A stretch of 64,000 nt of DNA from Eutreptiella sp. 'Long Island Sound 2002' (GCA_964036045.1 OZ038378.1:53692001-53756000), one strand, 5' to 3'. Positions 29,427 through 42,992 are shown, counted from the first letter of the stretch. The notes: a model not told the origin generated them from the letters alone. Made by a program: numbers and translations.

Positions 29427-31540
29427 GCAGCGGCAGGAGCAAGGCCAGTGCCGTCGCCAGCACCAGTTTTAGGCCACGCTCACTACCCGCCCCTTACGAC
29501 CGAAACGTTTGCACTTTGTCGCCTTTTCTGTGTCTTGTTTTTGTGTCTATGTTTTCCATGTGTCGCTTGTACTGTAATAGGTGGTGAATGATAGTTATGC
29601 CTTTCTTGCGTGTCCTACATACACACTTTGAAACTCCAATTCAGTGTCTCTATTTGCCAAGTTGCCAAGACCTGGGCAAAATTTCCGCTAGCCCCCCCGG
29701 ATAGCAAAAAAGGTATACGTATTTTGATGTCTTGATGTTCCTGGGCGAAATTTCCCCCAGCTCCGCCTCTTCTGCAAAATGTATAGGTCAAAAACACCAA
29801 TCAGTGATCCTCGGCGAAATTTCTTCCAGCCCCCCCCTTTTGTTTCTTTGCTTCTCTTGTGCGTGATATGTTGCCCCTTCCCTCACTGTCACATAGGCCG
29901 GGCAGTCCATAAAGTTGAACCTGGGCGAAATTTCTTCCAGCTTGCCTTGACACCCATTATCCAAAAGGTGGTACCTCTGTTGGGTTCTGCTCACTGACTC
30001 TTAGGGGTGCTTCTGCCAATGTGGCTGTGAGACATGATTGATGTGCTGCTTTCTTCAAGCAGCCGTTACATTTGTGTGTAACACTGAAAGGTTTGTCCTA
30101 TTGAAGAAACCTTCTTTCTTCCTCTGCTCCTCCAGTATGCATACATGCTTATTGTGTTTTGACACCTAGGATGTGGTTACATGAGAATGGCATTTCAGGT
30201 AAATAGAGATACTCATTTTTTCCTACCAGGAGCAAGGGGTCCCCTAGGTGCAAAATTCATACCTTGTTTTTTTTTGGGGGGGGCTACAGTATGGCCCCGC
30301 GGAGCCCAGCCTGTGGGTAGGGGGGTGGGCAGTTAGCGTGGCCTAAGCCAATGGCAGTGGTTGTGCACCCACTCCGGAGAAGAAGGCTCCAAGGTGTACC
30401 GTTTTGGAGAAAGACAAGGACAAAAAGACGGAGAAGCACAAGGAGAAGGAGAAGGACAAGGAGAAGGGCGGGGAGGTAGAAGGAGAGGCGCTGGGGCAGC
30501 AGAAGATGGAGCTTGCAGCGGCGGCACACGAAGTCGTGGTAGCGGAGGGTGCGAAGGGGACGGAAGGGAAAGTGAAGGAGAGGAAGTCGAAGGGCCAAGA
30601 GAAGGGGAAAGAGAAGGCGGGTGGTCTGGGCCAGGTGGCCTTTAAGATCAAAGGAGCGGTGGGTCCTCAGAAGTCCGTGCCGGCGAAGACGACTCGTTGT
30701 GAGCACTACAAAGAGAGCACGCAGTTCATGAACGACATGCAGGTGTTATTCATGTCCCATGTGTTGTGTTTTGCATGCCTCCAACAATGCTTCCCGAGGC
30801 GTTCGCCGCGTTATGCGCGTGATTTGCGTTCCGGTTTTCTGCTTCCGCTCATGCCTCTGGGAGCGGTTGCACTGCCCTGCACGCTTTTGGCGTCCCCTGT
30901 ACAGGGCCCCGCGCCGATAGGGACCGGAGCATCACGCCGATGAAGCAGAGGAGGTGGCCGGTTCCCGTGAAGACTGAAGAGACCGAGACGGAATTTGCCG
31001 AAGAGAATGTGATGCTGGAGGTAGGTGTGAGTTACATTCGTTTTTTGTTAGCGGGCACGTTGCGCGCGTTGCGGTACTGTGCCTCCGACCATGCTTCTGG
31101 GAGCCGTTCGCCGTGTTATGCGCGTGATCTGCGTCGTTTGCGCCCTGCTTCCGCCGTGCTTGTGGAATAGTTACGCTCGTTATCGCCGTTCCGCGCAATG
31201 CGTTTGCTGCCCACATTCTGCCGTAACACCCCAGTAAAAAGGTGACGGCCGTCGGAACTGGTTTCGAGAGTCCAGTGACGTCGCCGACGCCGGGTTCAAT
31301 GGAGCCCGCGGCCACCTGGCCGGATGCCGACGAGACCGTCGGCCGTAAGGCGTCCGAGGCCCCCCCCCCGCTGGCGCCCGCATGGGGCAGCCCAATGCCA
31401 GCACCCCTTACCCAAAGCCCCCCCACTTGTGGCGACACGGGGGTGGCGCTTCGTGGCCGGTCCCTTGGACCGGCCACAAACGGCCCCACAGCGCTTAGAC
31501 TGTCAGTTGATTATTACACCGCGAGAGGTCCCAGCCAACC
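28630..31540 (+). pseudogene. Spliced accessory exons of element E (Lys/Glu-rich and Ser-rich segments), function unknown
   Basis: GT donors (aagagg|gtacct, atgcag|gtgtta, ctggag|gtaggt) and AG acceptors; (CAG)n at 29393-29430; K/E-rich exon at 30404-30740. Confidence 0.45.
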
Positions 31541-31766
31541 GGCATGGCGGGAACGGGGAGAGATGACATTAGCACATACACGCTTTGTTTGGAAAAACAA
31601 TGTGACCCACCGCTTTCTGCGCTGTCTGCGTTCTCTGTGCTTTGTTTTGTGCGCCTCTCTGGGTGCGTTGTACGCGTTTTCGGCGTTATGTACGCTCCAG
31701 TTAGTGTGCCTCCGAACGTGGCTCTAGAAGCGGTACAACCTGTGATCCGCGTATTTCCCTTGTACT

Positions 31767-33371
31767 GTGTCTCTCATCATTGTTACCAACATCATTTTAG
31801 TGCACTTTGAAATGGCCCTTAGTCTCTCAGCTGGTCGCCTCCACAAGGAGGATTGTGCTACTTCAATTGAGTACGGTTCACGACCTGGGGAGTCGAAACT
31901 TGATGAGCTGGACACGGATGGTACATGGGACTACATGATGAAGCCCATTGTGGATGCCCAAGAGGCCGTCCTCCCAGCTCGGGAAAGGGACGACCTCATC
32001 CCCCTGGTACCACGGTACCACACTTTCTGTCTATTGCTGGGCATGGTGCGGCCCATGCAGGTAGATGGTGTATGGGACCGTGATGGGTTGGTGTACAATG
32101 CCTATCTAGCACGCTTGCTATTCCGGGGGCAATACTATGATCTGCACAAACATTGTCGCCCGGATGTGGTGGACCTTATTGAGGCGGTTAGTGCCCATTG
32201 GGCTGCAGCATGGACCATGGGTGGCGCGGCCACGGGGGATGAAATCCTAGTGCCGCATATGGGCCTTAGGGCAAGCCCCCTAAAGATGTACATTGTGCGG
32301 AAACCGCACAACACCGGCATCAAGCTCTATCGGTTGGCTAATGCCGGTACGGGGTACATCGTGGACGTGTACTTTTACACTGGCCGCCGCGGTGTCCTCC
32401 GCCGACACGGTTGTTGTGCCGGTCACCTCAACGCCCGACAGCTTATGGCCATGTGGTCAACTCAGCTGTCAGCTTACACGGTCCTTGTAGGGGACTCATT
32501 CTTTGGGTCACGCGCCACCGCACAACGGCTTGCGCGTGTAGGATGGCCCTTCATCACCATGGTGCGAAAGCTCGGACACGGCCGGTGTCTAGCAAGGCGG
32601 AGACACCATCCACGCCGGGCCGATTGGTGTGGCCACGGTTGACGGCCACAACTACGCCCTGCACGTGTACAAGCAGCTCAAAACCGGAGGCGAGCCCCCC
32701 AATTGGTGCCCATCCTGTCCAACGTGTGGTACGCTGCACGTGGGCCCTCTCACCACACGGGCCACAAGATCCACCCCGTCGTTGCTGCGTACCACCAAGT
32801 GGCATGAGGGGTGGACTATGACAACCGGATGGCGTTGCACATGCGCCTCTTGGGAACCCAGATGTCCTGTTCGCAAGCCGTGCGAGGCTTCTTGCTGCGA
32901 TACGCCGCGGCCAACGTGTTTGCAACATGGTGCGCCCTAGAAAGGTGCCGTGGCGCGGATAGCATGTGGGATTGGCAGTGGGCCCTTCTTCGTCGCCGGT
33001 ACTGTACCGATGTGCAGCCGCGATGCACCATCCAGGTCCCCGTTGGCGGCGCCCAACTCCGTGCTTGTGCACATTGTGGCAAAGGCTGCACACAATACGT
33101 GTGTAGCGGATGCCCGGACACCCCGTTGCATGTGCAATGCTTGGTACCCGTGCACGGGATCACTACGACGGGCACGGACGCCGAGGAAAGCGAGCCGCCA
33201 ATTAGCCCCGAGACTCATGACGGGGACGCCGGGGAGCACGACCCGGAAGTGGATGGCGAGGCCGAGGAGGAGCCGGATAGCGATGAGGAGGAAGAAGAGG
33301 AGGAAGCGGAGGACTCTAGGGGGAGCGTAGAGGACGACACGTTGGAGACCTTCTGCTTGAGCGTGTTGTAG
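31767..33371 (+). pseudogene. piggyBac-type transposase with Cys-rich domain and acidic tail
   Basis: TGDEILVPHMG...VRKPHNTGIKLY, VLVGDSFFGS, GVDYDNRM and CAHCGKGCTQYVCSGCPDTPLHVQC. Homologous to 15944-17293. Confidence 0.9.
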
Positions 33372-33944
33372 ACGGGGTGGCGGAGGCGGCCGTGGTGGGA
33401 TCGAGAAGGTCATGGCCGCCAAGCCTATGCCACCCCACCCATGGGGGCTAGTGCGAGTCCTAGGGGGCACCAACCGAGTAGGCTGGATACCGAATTGTGA
33501 GGACGCCGCCCCGCCAACATAGTTGTGCTGTGTTTTACGCGTTTTCCGCATACTGCGCGTTCCGGTTTATTGCTTCTCCCTGTGCTTGTGGAAGCTTTGT
33601 CCTCGTTTTCTGCGTGTTCCGCATTCCGGAGAGTTATCCTCGTCCGGCGCGTTCTCCTAGCCTACGGGGATAACGTACTAGCAGGTATGGTGAGTGGGGG
33701 CCCCAAAATGGCGCTTCTGGATACAAAGGAATATGGCCGGAACCCGGACTTTCACATGTTACATGGGTGCACTATGATGTAACAATGTGCCTTGCCGAGA
33801 AGTGGAGGAACATTTTTCAGTTTTCCTCCATCCCAACATCCGTATTACAGGAGGCTCAAAAGCTGTTTCAAGGCTTGGTCTTTGGTGAGGCCAAGTATGT
33901 CCCTCCGCCACATGCACCATTGCATGTCCATGAAAACCCTTGAG

Positions 33945-35730
33945 CAAGGGCTTTTGGGACTGGAGGCAGCCAAGGCCCTAGACATTGAGGAGTTTGTGTG
34001 AAGAAAGACCAAAAATGCTTTGTGCCAAGTGTTTTGTGTTTTTTGTCCTTGTGAGGGATGGAGGAGGGGTGCGCGATAACCCCCCGCCATAACTGCGCGA
34101 TAACTGAGCTATCGCGCGATAACTAGTGCTCTAACTAGTTAGAGCAAGGTGCTCTAACTCTGCTCTAACTCTGTTCTAACTCTGCTCTAACTCTTTGCCC
34201 CCCCCCCCCCAAAACCACCCCTACAATGTGGGTTGTGTTGGAAAAGAAAGGGGATCGGGTTTTTGGGGGTGCCGAATCCATTTTTTTAGGTGATTTGCCC
34301 CCAAATTGAGGCTAGGTCGGTGTTCCGGAAATTGTGCTCTAACTAGGGGTTCCGCACCACACTCTAGAATGTTGCATCCCATGATGGTCAAAAACATTTG
34401 TGTTGGATGAAGCATAATGCCATCAACGCAAAAGTCACTTCACACATGTTGTCTTTGCTTACATCGGTGGAGGGTACCACAGTTTGCCTTGAAATACCCT
34501 TGCCATCCCCCCCCCCCCCCATGGCAGACTGTCACTTGGCGACGTTTTGCAACGGAAGTTTGCAAGGGGGGTACCACCATGCCTAACCTGGGGACCCCCC
34601 TGGTATGTGGCCAAGGTGAGTGGAGGGCAGACTGGGGTCCATCAATGTTCAAAATTGGCTCCACTCCACTCGCATCCCCAGTTCTGTTGCCCTAAGATGT
34701 GGATAGAACCGGCCTTTGTATGGGCCACTACTTGGTTTCACTCCACAACATTGGGCCTGATCTGTTGAACACCATGCATTGTACATCATGCCTAACCTGG
34801 GGTCATCTTTGGTGTGTGGCCAAGGTGAGTGGAGGGCAAAATCGGGTCCATCCATGTTCCAAAGTGGCTCCATCCGCATCCCCAATTCTGTCGCCCTAAG
34901 ATGCGGATAGAACAGGCGTGTGTATGGGCCAGCACTCCGTTTCACTCCACTGCGTTGGGCTTGTCTTGTTGCACACCTCCGATTAGACACCATGCCTAAG
35001 GTGGGGTCACCTGTGTGGCCAAGGTGAGTGGTGGGCAAAAAGGGGTCCATCAATGTTCAAAACTGGCTCCACGCGCATCCCCAGCTCTGTTGCCCTAAGA
35101 TGTGGATATAATAGGCCTCTGTATGGGCCCGCACTTGGTTTGACTCCACAGCTTTGCGCCTCATCTGTTGCACACTATCAATTGTGCACGATGCCTAACC
35201 TAGGGTCATCTCTGCTGTGTGGCCAAGATGATTGGAGGGCATAACGGGGTGCATCAATGTTCCAAACTTACTCCACCCGCAAGGGCTTTTTGGACTAGAG
35301 GCACCCAAGGCCTCAGACATTGAGGAGTTGGTGTGGACCAAGACCACAAATGCCTTGTGCCAAGTGTTTTACCTTGTTTGTCGCAGTGAGGGATGGGGGA
35401 GAGGTGCGCGATAACTACCGACGGAAAGTGCGCAATATGTCAGCTAACGGGCGACAACTAGTGCTCTAACTAGTTAGTCTAAGAGCAAGGTGCTCTAACC
35501 CTGCTCTAACTCTGCTCCAACTCAAAAGAGCACTTTGCCCCCCCCCCCCCCTCCAGAAACCACCCCTACAACGAGGGTTGGGTGAGGAAGGAAAGGGGAT
35601 GGGGTTTTTTTCAGGGTGTCGAATCCATTTTTTTTTTGGTGGTTTGCCCCAAAATTGAGGCCAGGTGGGTGTTCCAGAAATTGTGCTCTAACTAGGGGTT
35701 CCACACCACGCCCTAGAACGGCGCATCCCA
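33945..35730 (+). repeat. Two copies of the X right end (33945-34381 and 35280-35730) around a tandem repeat of about 200 bp (34575-35280)
   Basis: Direct similarity seen by eye. Units start CATGCCTAA at about 34578, 34787, 34991 and 35190; a related unit lies at 27940-28035. Confidence 0.85.
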
Positions 35731-36360
35731 AATAACGCACCTTGGGTCACCCCACGAGCATAAGATTGACTATGTCCGTTCAATAATGGGTGCCTGGTCC
35801 CTTTGGTCGCACTGCCTTGAGGTCTGCCTCCACAAGCTTTCTAGGAGACACCTTGTTAGGCATTGTTGAGCCGGGTAGTGCATCACGTTGCATGCAACGT
35901 GGGTGCAACCACGTTATAGCACTGTTTTGACAAGCATCTGCTGGTAGCACCTGCTAGCACCGAGGAGCGTGACAGGCTGCTGTTTGCTATCCCCGCTGGC
36001 ACTGTTCCTCATGTTGAGACGAATGTGAGGGTGCTAATGCATGCAATCACACGGGATGTTGTGCCATTGCCGCGTTGCAGCGCGCAAAAGGCAAAGGTTG
36101 CGGTTTCTTGGCTCCGGCTTGAGGATTCTCATTTTCCGCCACTGCCGCCACAACCCATATCCCCGTCCCATTTTTCTGACCTTGCTGTGAAGTGTTTGCA
36201 AATAGTGGTCACCTGAGTGACGTTAGTGACGAGTTGATTGCCACATTGGATGCCCACGTGCCACTTCGAACAGCATGACAACGGGACAATCATGTTGGCA
36301 TCATGGCACACATTCTTTACCAGAGCATTCTTGTGCGGCGCTTTATGCCTGTGCGACAAC
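35731..36360 (+). pseudogene. Academ-like transposase, part 2 (continues 1-330)
   Basis: DYVRSIM and AF*ETPC*ALLSRV...VRVLMHAITRD align with TYVRTL and CYAEVPLEAMLSRL...LRRFLLAITTN at about 40540-40830. Confidence 0.65.
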
Positions 36361-36379
36361 CTAGGGTGCCAAGGGGGGG

Positions 36380-38393
36380 GCTAGACTATTGCTCGAGCCC
36401 GTGTCCGTAAGGCCTGGCACAATCCTATTGCTTCAGATGGAGGATATTTTTGGTCTGCTGGTGCCCCCGCAACAGGCAGGATTTATTAAGGGCAAGGACA
36501 TGTATGAAAAATCTGCCCCACTGTAGGAGCTACTAGGATTTCATGTCGGAGGGTTTTCTACTATCAGTTGACTTTGAGAATGCGTATAACATCATAACCT
36601 TTGAGCATGCCCAAGTCATGTCTCAGTTAATGGGTTTGCCAGCAGGGATGATTGCATGGATGATGCGGCTCCTTCAGTCTCCAGTGGTTCTGTATACAGG
36701 GGGTAATCATTGCTGATGTGTTGTGGTCGCCTCGTGAGGGAATCAGGCAGTGGGACCCCTTCTCACCAGCACTGTTTGTACTATTGGCTTCTGTCATTAT
36801 GCGGGTGTTGCAATCAGTGCACCCCGACCTGCACGTAGGCATGTATGATTTGGTTGTGTACATGTCCTGCTCGTCTACAGATGCTGTAGTCTTGCTAGAA
36901 GACATAGTCCATGCCTTATACACCTTTGGACTACACACAGGATTGCGCATGAATAGCTCAAAGTGCAAAGTTTTGTTCAACGGACTGGACTTGCAACAAT
37001 TTGTATAGTCGCTGGGACTAAAGTTTGCGTTGAAAATCAAGTATCTGGGTGTCATGATTGGTCACGTCACAGAAAAAGATATGTGCGCATCGGTAGTGTC
37101 AAAGTCGTTCATTAGGTATAAATAGTGCGGGATTTGGACTTGACAAGATCCGAGGAAGTGCAACTGTTAAAGGTGTGGATCTATCCTTTGTGGATATTAC
37201 CGGCCAGGGTTTGCTATCAAAGCAAGCAGATCATTCAACAGATGTGTACCACGGTACAGACAGCTTTGGGAATACATTTAATTTGTGGGGATTGACTTTG
37301 AAGGAGTTTGGTCATTCGTTCCGGCATGGGGGTTTTGATCTGGTTTTGCCACGGAATTTTTTGCTTTTCCATCACTCTTCCTTGTTCCTACACTTCTTGT
37401 GTAAGCCTCACCACTTTGCACCGCAGTGTACGTAGATTTTTGAGGGATGAGTAGACTCAGTCGGGCTTTCTTTAGAGCCGGCACACTTTTCCGCCCTGCA
37501 GATGGGTTTGGTGCCCTGGGAGTCCCTGAATATGACAGGTTTGTCATGTAAAGCGTATTCATAGCTGAGGAAGTCATTGCCACGAGCCATCAATGAACCT
37601 GTGACAATGGGGAACATCCCACTTCAGCATAGTGCCCTGTTAACGAACATGGGTACTCATATTATTCTGCATGTCTAGCTCGGGAGGGTTCGGTCACAGT
37701 TGCAAGCTTGTTGCACAACCCATGGAAATTGGGACCGTTTCCACTTCCAACCACGCCAGCCATTATTCTTACAAGGAAACAAAGTCTGAAGCGCAAGCCA
37801 ATCTGTCACCAATTTAATGGGCTTCAGTCCTTTTCCAGGGCTCATTGAAGACCTTTTTTCCCACACTCGTTTCAGCTGAGGCTCCTTCAGGTCGCCAGCT
37901 CCAGGAGGAATGGCGTTTATTTAATAAGTTGATTTTCAATTACCATGCACATAGCAGCAAAGAATTCATTAGGGAGAGTCTCTGCTCCAAACTTAAGGTG
38001 GGTGACAGGTCAACGTCGTGGCTTCCAGGACAGCGGCATCGTGCCTTGTGTGGGGACTTTGACATGGTATCCCATGCCTTATACAACTGCAAGTTTTTTC
38101 TACTTGCTTGTGACACCATCTCAAAGTGCTTGGGAACGTCAGTACACCAAATCTCACAGGACCACACGCGAAAACACTATCTACACCCCAGGGACCCCTC
38201 TTGTGGGCAGCTCGACAGGCGAGCTGGCATGTACGCAATGCGGTGCGCCTGTCACCCCGCTCAATCAATGCGACGCATTTTGTCAAGACTTGGTGGGGTA
38301 TCTTACAGACTTGGTTAGCGTTGCCTGGACTCAGTGTTAATAGGGAGGAGGTGGGGAAAGTCATGACAGTGTTACAGAGTTTCCTCAGGACAG
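36380..38393 (+). pseudogene. 5'-truncated non-LTR retrotransposon: reverse transcriptase and zf-RVT remnant (tail continues at about 49815-49900)
   Basis: QQAGFIKGKDMYEN, LSVDFENAY, GIRQWDPFSPALF, NSSKCKV, KYLGVMIG, then KLKVGDR...LCGDFDMVSHALYNC and LWAARQASWHVRN. Confidence 0.9.
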
Positions 38394-39152
38394 TGGGGTG
38401 CAGCCAAGGAAGGGTGGCCTAGGAACTCCCCGTAAAATGACAGTAGTTCACCGCTCAAGTACCGGACCACACTTATGTGGGGTGTTTTGGGTGTCAAAAT
38501 AAACGTATAGGAACTATCACGACCCCGGTGTCGGACCAACTTAGACGGCCCAAGTTGCCCGGCCCGGTAAATCGGCCCAAAACACCCAAAAAGGGCCATT
38601 TCGGCCGGTGGGAAATTTCATAGCTTTTTTTTTAGTCATTCAGACGCGTACCTAAATTTGACTGCTTGACAGCCTGTTTTTGTGGTTCTCATATCCACGC
38701 ACACAAACCCAGGTGACTACGCATGGTCAATTTTTACGATTCAGTGAACAAGTTTTGCTTTGTGTTGTGTTGTCTTTGTCCACCTGTGTACCCTTCTCTT
38801 GGAATTTGGAAAAGTGTCTAGAACCAAACACTCTTTGAAATCCCACCCCCGTCAAACCCAGTTTTTGAGGTCGCAGTGTTTGGTTCCAGCCAAACTAAAC
38901 AATTTACACCTTTTCAGGCGGGGGGGGGGGGGGCTCACCAGGTGTTTGTTCCCAGTGTCAAACGTCCTCTGTACACCCCCATAATATGGAGAATGTGTCT
39001 GTTTCCAGACATTTTGGTGAAATTCCGTGATTGCGATACACATTTTATTGAACGGTGTTTGGTTCTAGACACTCTCCTCCTATTGTTTGGTCACTGAGCA
39101 GGTTTGTTTCGTTGTTGTTCACCGTTTTGTTTAGTCTGGTCCTGTTCCACTG

Positions 39153-41202
39153 TTGATGAGCCAGATGATCAGTGCTGCAACAGATCCCTTTGGTCTCCTG
39201 CGTGACTTCTTACACGGAGCGAAATATGGTACACCGTTGGAGCTTATCGATGCCGCTTTACGCGATGAGGAACCACGTGCAGCCCTGCTTGTGGACTTCT
39301 ACACACACATGAGGGTCAACCGGCCAACCAGACGCAGTATGGCAACCTTGACTAAAGCTCATGGGCAATCATTGTGGCCAAGGTGGTATGGAGTGTTTGC
39401 ACGCCAGGTGTACAAGGTGATGCAACTCTGTAGGAAGATGGCCCTGCCAAAGGAAAAGGCTGTTGGCTCACTGCTAAGTGCATCCAGGGGGATGCGGAGA
39501 CAGTTGTCAGAGGCAGGTTTTGCTGCGGGCCGCTTACCGCCTTTGCAGCAACAGGCACATGCCAGAACAAACGCCATCTGGAGATCAATGGCAGGGAAGC
39601 AGGTGGTGGTGCAATTTGACAACTGGTATCGCAGACGGTACTGCAGTGACCCGGTACGACCTGATTGCTGTTTGAACGTCACTACCATTTAAGTGTTGCA
39701 TACAACTGCCATTGCTATGTACCCTCGTTTCCCTACACTTGACGATCTTCTCCAACGTATCCCGCAAACAGCACAAACCATAGTAGCCAGTTTCCGGGAG
39801 TTTTCATGAGCGGTGGACGCTTTGAGGCGAGATCCAGCGAAGGCCCAATATGTACGGGTTCCACTAGATGTGCACCGAGACAACATTCGTTCACTGCAAT
39901 GGTACCCCCCGACGCCAGCGGACCTGGTCTCCAGCTCCAATGAGGACTTGCTCCACATCATGGAACAATGCCTAGCCATTCAGGTTCACACACGCCATGT
40001 CATGCCCCTCTTGATGGATGAAAATATATTCTACAGAGTTGCCATGTTCATGTACAATCGGACATACAACCCCTTTAACTTGGCCGAGTAATATGCCACT
40101 GTCCCAATGCTGTACGGCTGCTGGCACCCTTATAAGGATGTGTGTACCATGATCCACGGTAAGTTCTTCCCCATATTGGGGTACCTTGGGCAGCGAGTGC
40201 CCGCGGTAGATGACGAGATCATGTGCCACCCGAAGCTGTTGCACGTTGAGAAGCAACTTTGTGCCCTACTGTTAGCCACACACAACGTTGAGGACCGCAT
40301 CGTACACAAGGAGACTTCAATTATGCAATTTCCAAAGGCAGTCTGCAAGCTACCACTGGTATGGTTGAGTGGACCGAAGAACCTCCTGCACTTATACATT
40401 CCGGCTGCGCTCCTCCTTGGAAACTTAGTTTGTGAATGCAAATGCGATGGTTGATCAACGGGGACAGGCCGTACAGCCCGCAAAGTATTGGAGTTGAGTT
40501 TGGTATTGATTGTAGCCTTCACAATGGACACTGACCGCAACATCACCTATGTACGCACCCTATATGTTGCCCTTCTGTTTTGGTTACCCTCGAATGACAC
40601 CCTTGGGCTGTTGTTATGCTGAGGTGCCCCTAGAGGCCATGTTGAGTCGTCTCGGATCTAGGTGCCGTGCATACCCCCAGATGAAGACTTTTGACCAGAC
40701 ATTGGACCTGTTTTTGAGCATGGCACTACCAAACCGAGGGGAAAAGAAGCCACGGGGGCGAATTCGCAGTGGACTGGTTGCCATTATGTCGTCACGGCTA
40801 CGCAGGTTCCTGTTGGCCATTACAACGAACCGCATGGTCCATGTTCAATGGAACAGTGGAAAGAAGGCAGCATTTACCGCTGTCCCTGAGGACTTGAAAT
40901 TTCCAGCGCAACTAGTGGACAACGGAGGTGAGGCCCTGTACCAGAGACTGTTGACTAGATCCCTCTCCACAGTGACACATGCGGCGCGTTCGCCCACGGA
41001 TGACGTCTCATGTCTGTTGAGAATCATTCTTTCAGGCAGAGACCCCGCCGATCATGCAGGCCGAGATGCACAGGCTCAGCGGGTGCGGCATGCAGCAATT
41101 GCGGTAGCAGATGATGGCGATGAGGCCCCGGAAGCTGCAATTGTCTCGGATTCAAGTTCACACAGGTCTGTGAGGGACTTGATAGTGGAGGTGGACACAT
41201 AG
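39153..41202 (+). pseudogene. Academ-like (DUF6589-type) DDE transposase
   Basis: VVVQFDNW, LLMDENIFYRV, LYGCWHPYK, YVRTL and EVPLEAMLSRL, an order resembling the DN / D / GxxH / E motifs of Academ-type transposases. In-frame stops. Confidence 0.55.
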
Positions 41203-42045
41203 GACGATGAACCACCACCTGTTGTCCTACGGCAAGAAATGGAGGAATTTGAGGTTGTGAGTCTCGAGGATGATCCGATGGACTGCTAACATCCCACCCA
41301 CGTGGCCAAGATGTGTCAAAGGTGTGTTTCTGGCACCAGACACAGGGCTTGAGTTGGTTACTACAGCAACGAGGTACCTGAGCAGAGGCCACTATTGTCA
41401 ACCAACACAGCGCTGGACTGATGAGATGCGCGCGTACGTGCACTGTTGCATTGCTGCACATCCCTGTTTCTCCGCAAAACCACAGCATGCGACCTTGACC
41501 AACCGAATACCCGGTTCAGGACGCCAGCAGCATAAACACTGCATGCGCGTGTGTTTAGAAGTAGATACCAACTGTTTGCGCCCCATCCAGTGCCCGGAAA
41601 AGTACATGCCTGTTTGGAATGAGACAATTAATCGTTCTGCACCCGTTTCATATCGTGAAGGCAAGCTGTTGTGTCTGGAACCACACAGACTTTGTTTTTT
41701 GCCCTCCATTGTCTTCAAGGTCATCTGGTCTATTTCTCGGAAATGCTAGAATCACATTGGGTAGCCTGCTAAGTCGGAACTATACTGCATATGTGTCTAG
41801 AAACAGACACTGACTGTTTATGCCCTATCAATTGCCAGAACATTACATGCTTGTTTTGAACCACACAAAAAAATTGTTTCGCACCGGTTGCACACTCCAA
41901 CAGCAAACTTTTGTGTCTGGAACCAGACACACTGTGTTTTTTACACCCCGTTGTATTAAACATGATGTGGTATGAGTGTGGAAATGGTATGCTCACGTCG
42001 GCAAGCGTGGAATGTTGAAATCACATTGCCCAACGGCCCGCCCTT

Positions 42046-42992
42046 GTGACATTTTGCGTCTTGCGCCCAGTTGGTTCCAACATGTGTGACCTTACGCAAG
42101 GTAGCAGTAAACCCTCTGCAGACCCCTCAATTGATCTGGCATCCCATTTCAGTGGCGTGGACGATGCCCCATCCAAGTCCAAACTGAAACGTGGTGACAC
42201 ACCGAAGGGAAAAGATGTTCAACTGAAAATTGGTGACCATACCGAAGACCAGGAGGTCCTTGTGCCCATCAGCAGACTGCAATTGGACAAAAAAAGGGAG
42301 CATGGTCAAATGAGAGTGCTGGATTCAAGATCTTGTCCAGGGCAAGATGACAGAGCTACGCGAGAATCCACCAGGTGCAGCAAAAATCCGAAGCATAGTG
42401 TGGCGTGGCGTAGTGGGGCAGTACTGGATCTTATCGGGGCAGCATATCGCAGAGGCCTGTCGACGAATCGCAAGGGAGTATATGAATGCCCATTTGAAAC
42501 TGCCAAAATGGTCAGTGCAATTTCTTGTTAAGTGGTTCGTACGGATGTCACTCTGCACATATGGGAGTCAATCGCTGGCATGTCACAAGTACATCGACTG
42601 TGCCAGTGCACTGTGACACTGCATGCTACCTTCCCACACCGGGGAAATATTCCGCGCCTGTGACGTCCATCATGATCTGCCCGTTGTCCTGCGTGACTGG
42701 CCGCTTCATTTGTGTGTGTGTGGGGCATTAACTGCTGTGACCACACGTCGTATTAGAGGCTGTGCAGTCTGCCACGACCTTGCCAAAGCTGTCTACACGG
42801 ATGGAACTCCTGCGTGTTGAGCTGGACCGCGATGAACTGGAGGAGAAATCCATACGAGAACACCTGGGAGTGCTGTACGTGAAGGGTGGCTACACAATGA
42901 AAGAGGGGACACTGGTATGCCTGCGCCTGCACAGGGTGGAAGTATGCGAATTGTGTGGTGGTAGCCAATTTTTGAACGACAAGGCTGTTTAG
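42046..42992 (+). pseudogene. Element C accessory gene, unknown, Cys/His-rich C-terminus
   Basis: Chain of overlapping frames (42046, 42347, 42623, 42762 ORFs) with coding-like composition ending VCELCGG. Confidence 0.4.

Larger units (their letters stand above)
28313..33730 (+). mobile_element. Element E: 5.4-kb multigene piggyBac-like element with ATAT duplication
   Basis: ATAT|TCCTTTGT ... ACAAAGGA|ATAT. The flanks rejoin into the X-family left end (compare 355-420). Contains a piggyBac transposase. Confidence 0.75.
28253..34381. mobile_element. Element X': short X-family copy inserted in X and itself split by element E
   Basis: TGGGATGCGCTGTTCTGGGGCGTGGTGCGGAACCCC (28253) and its inverse ending GCATCCCA (34381). 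TG on both flanks. Confidence 0.8.
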
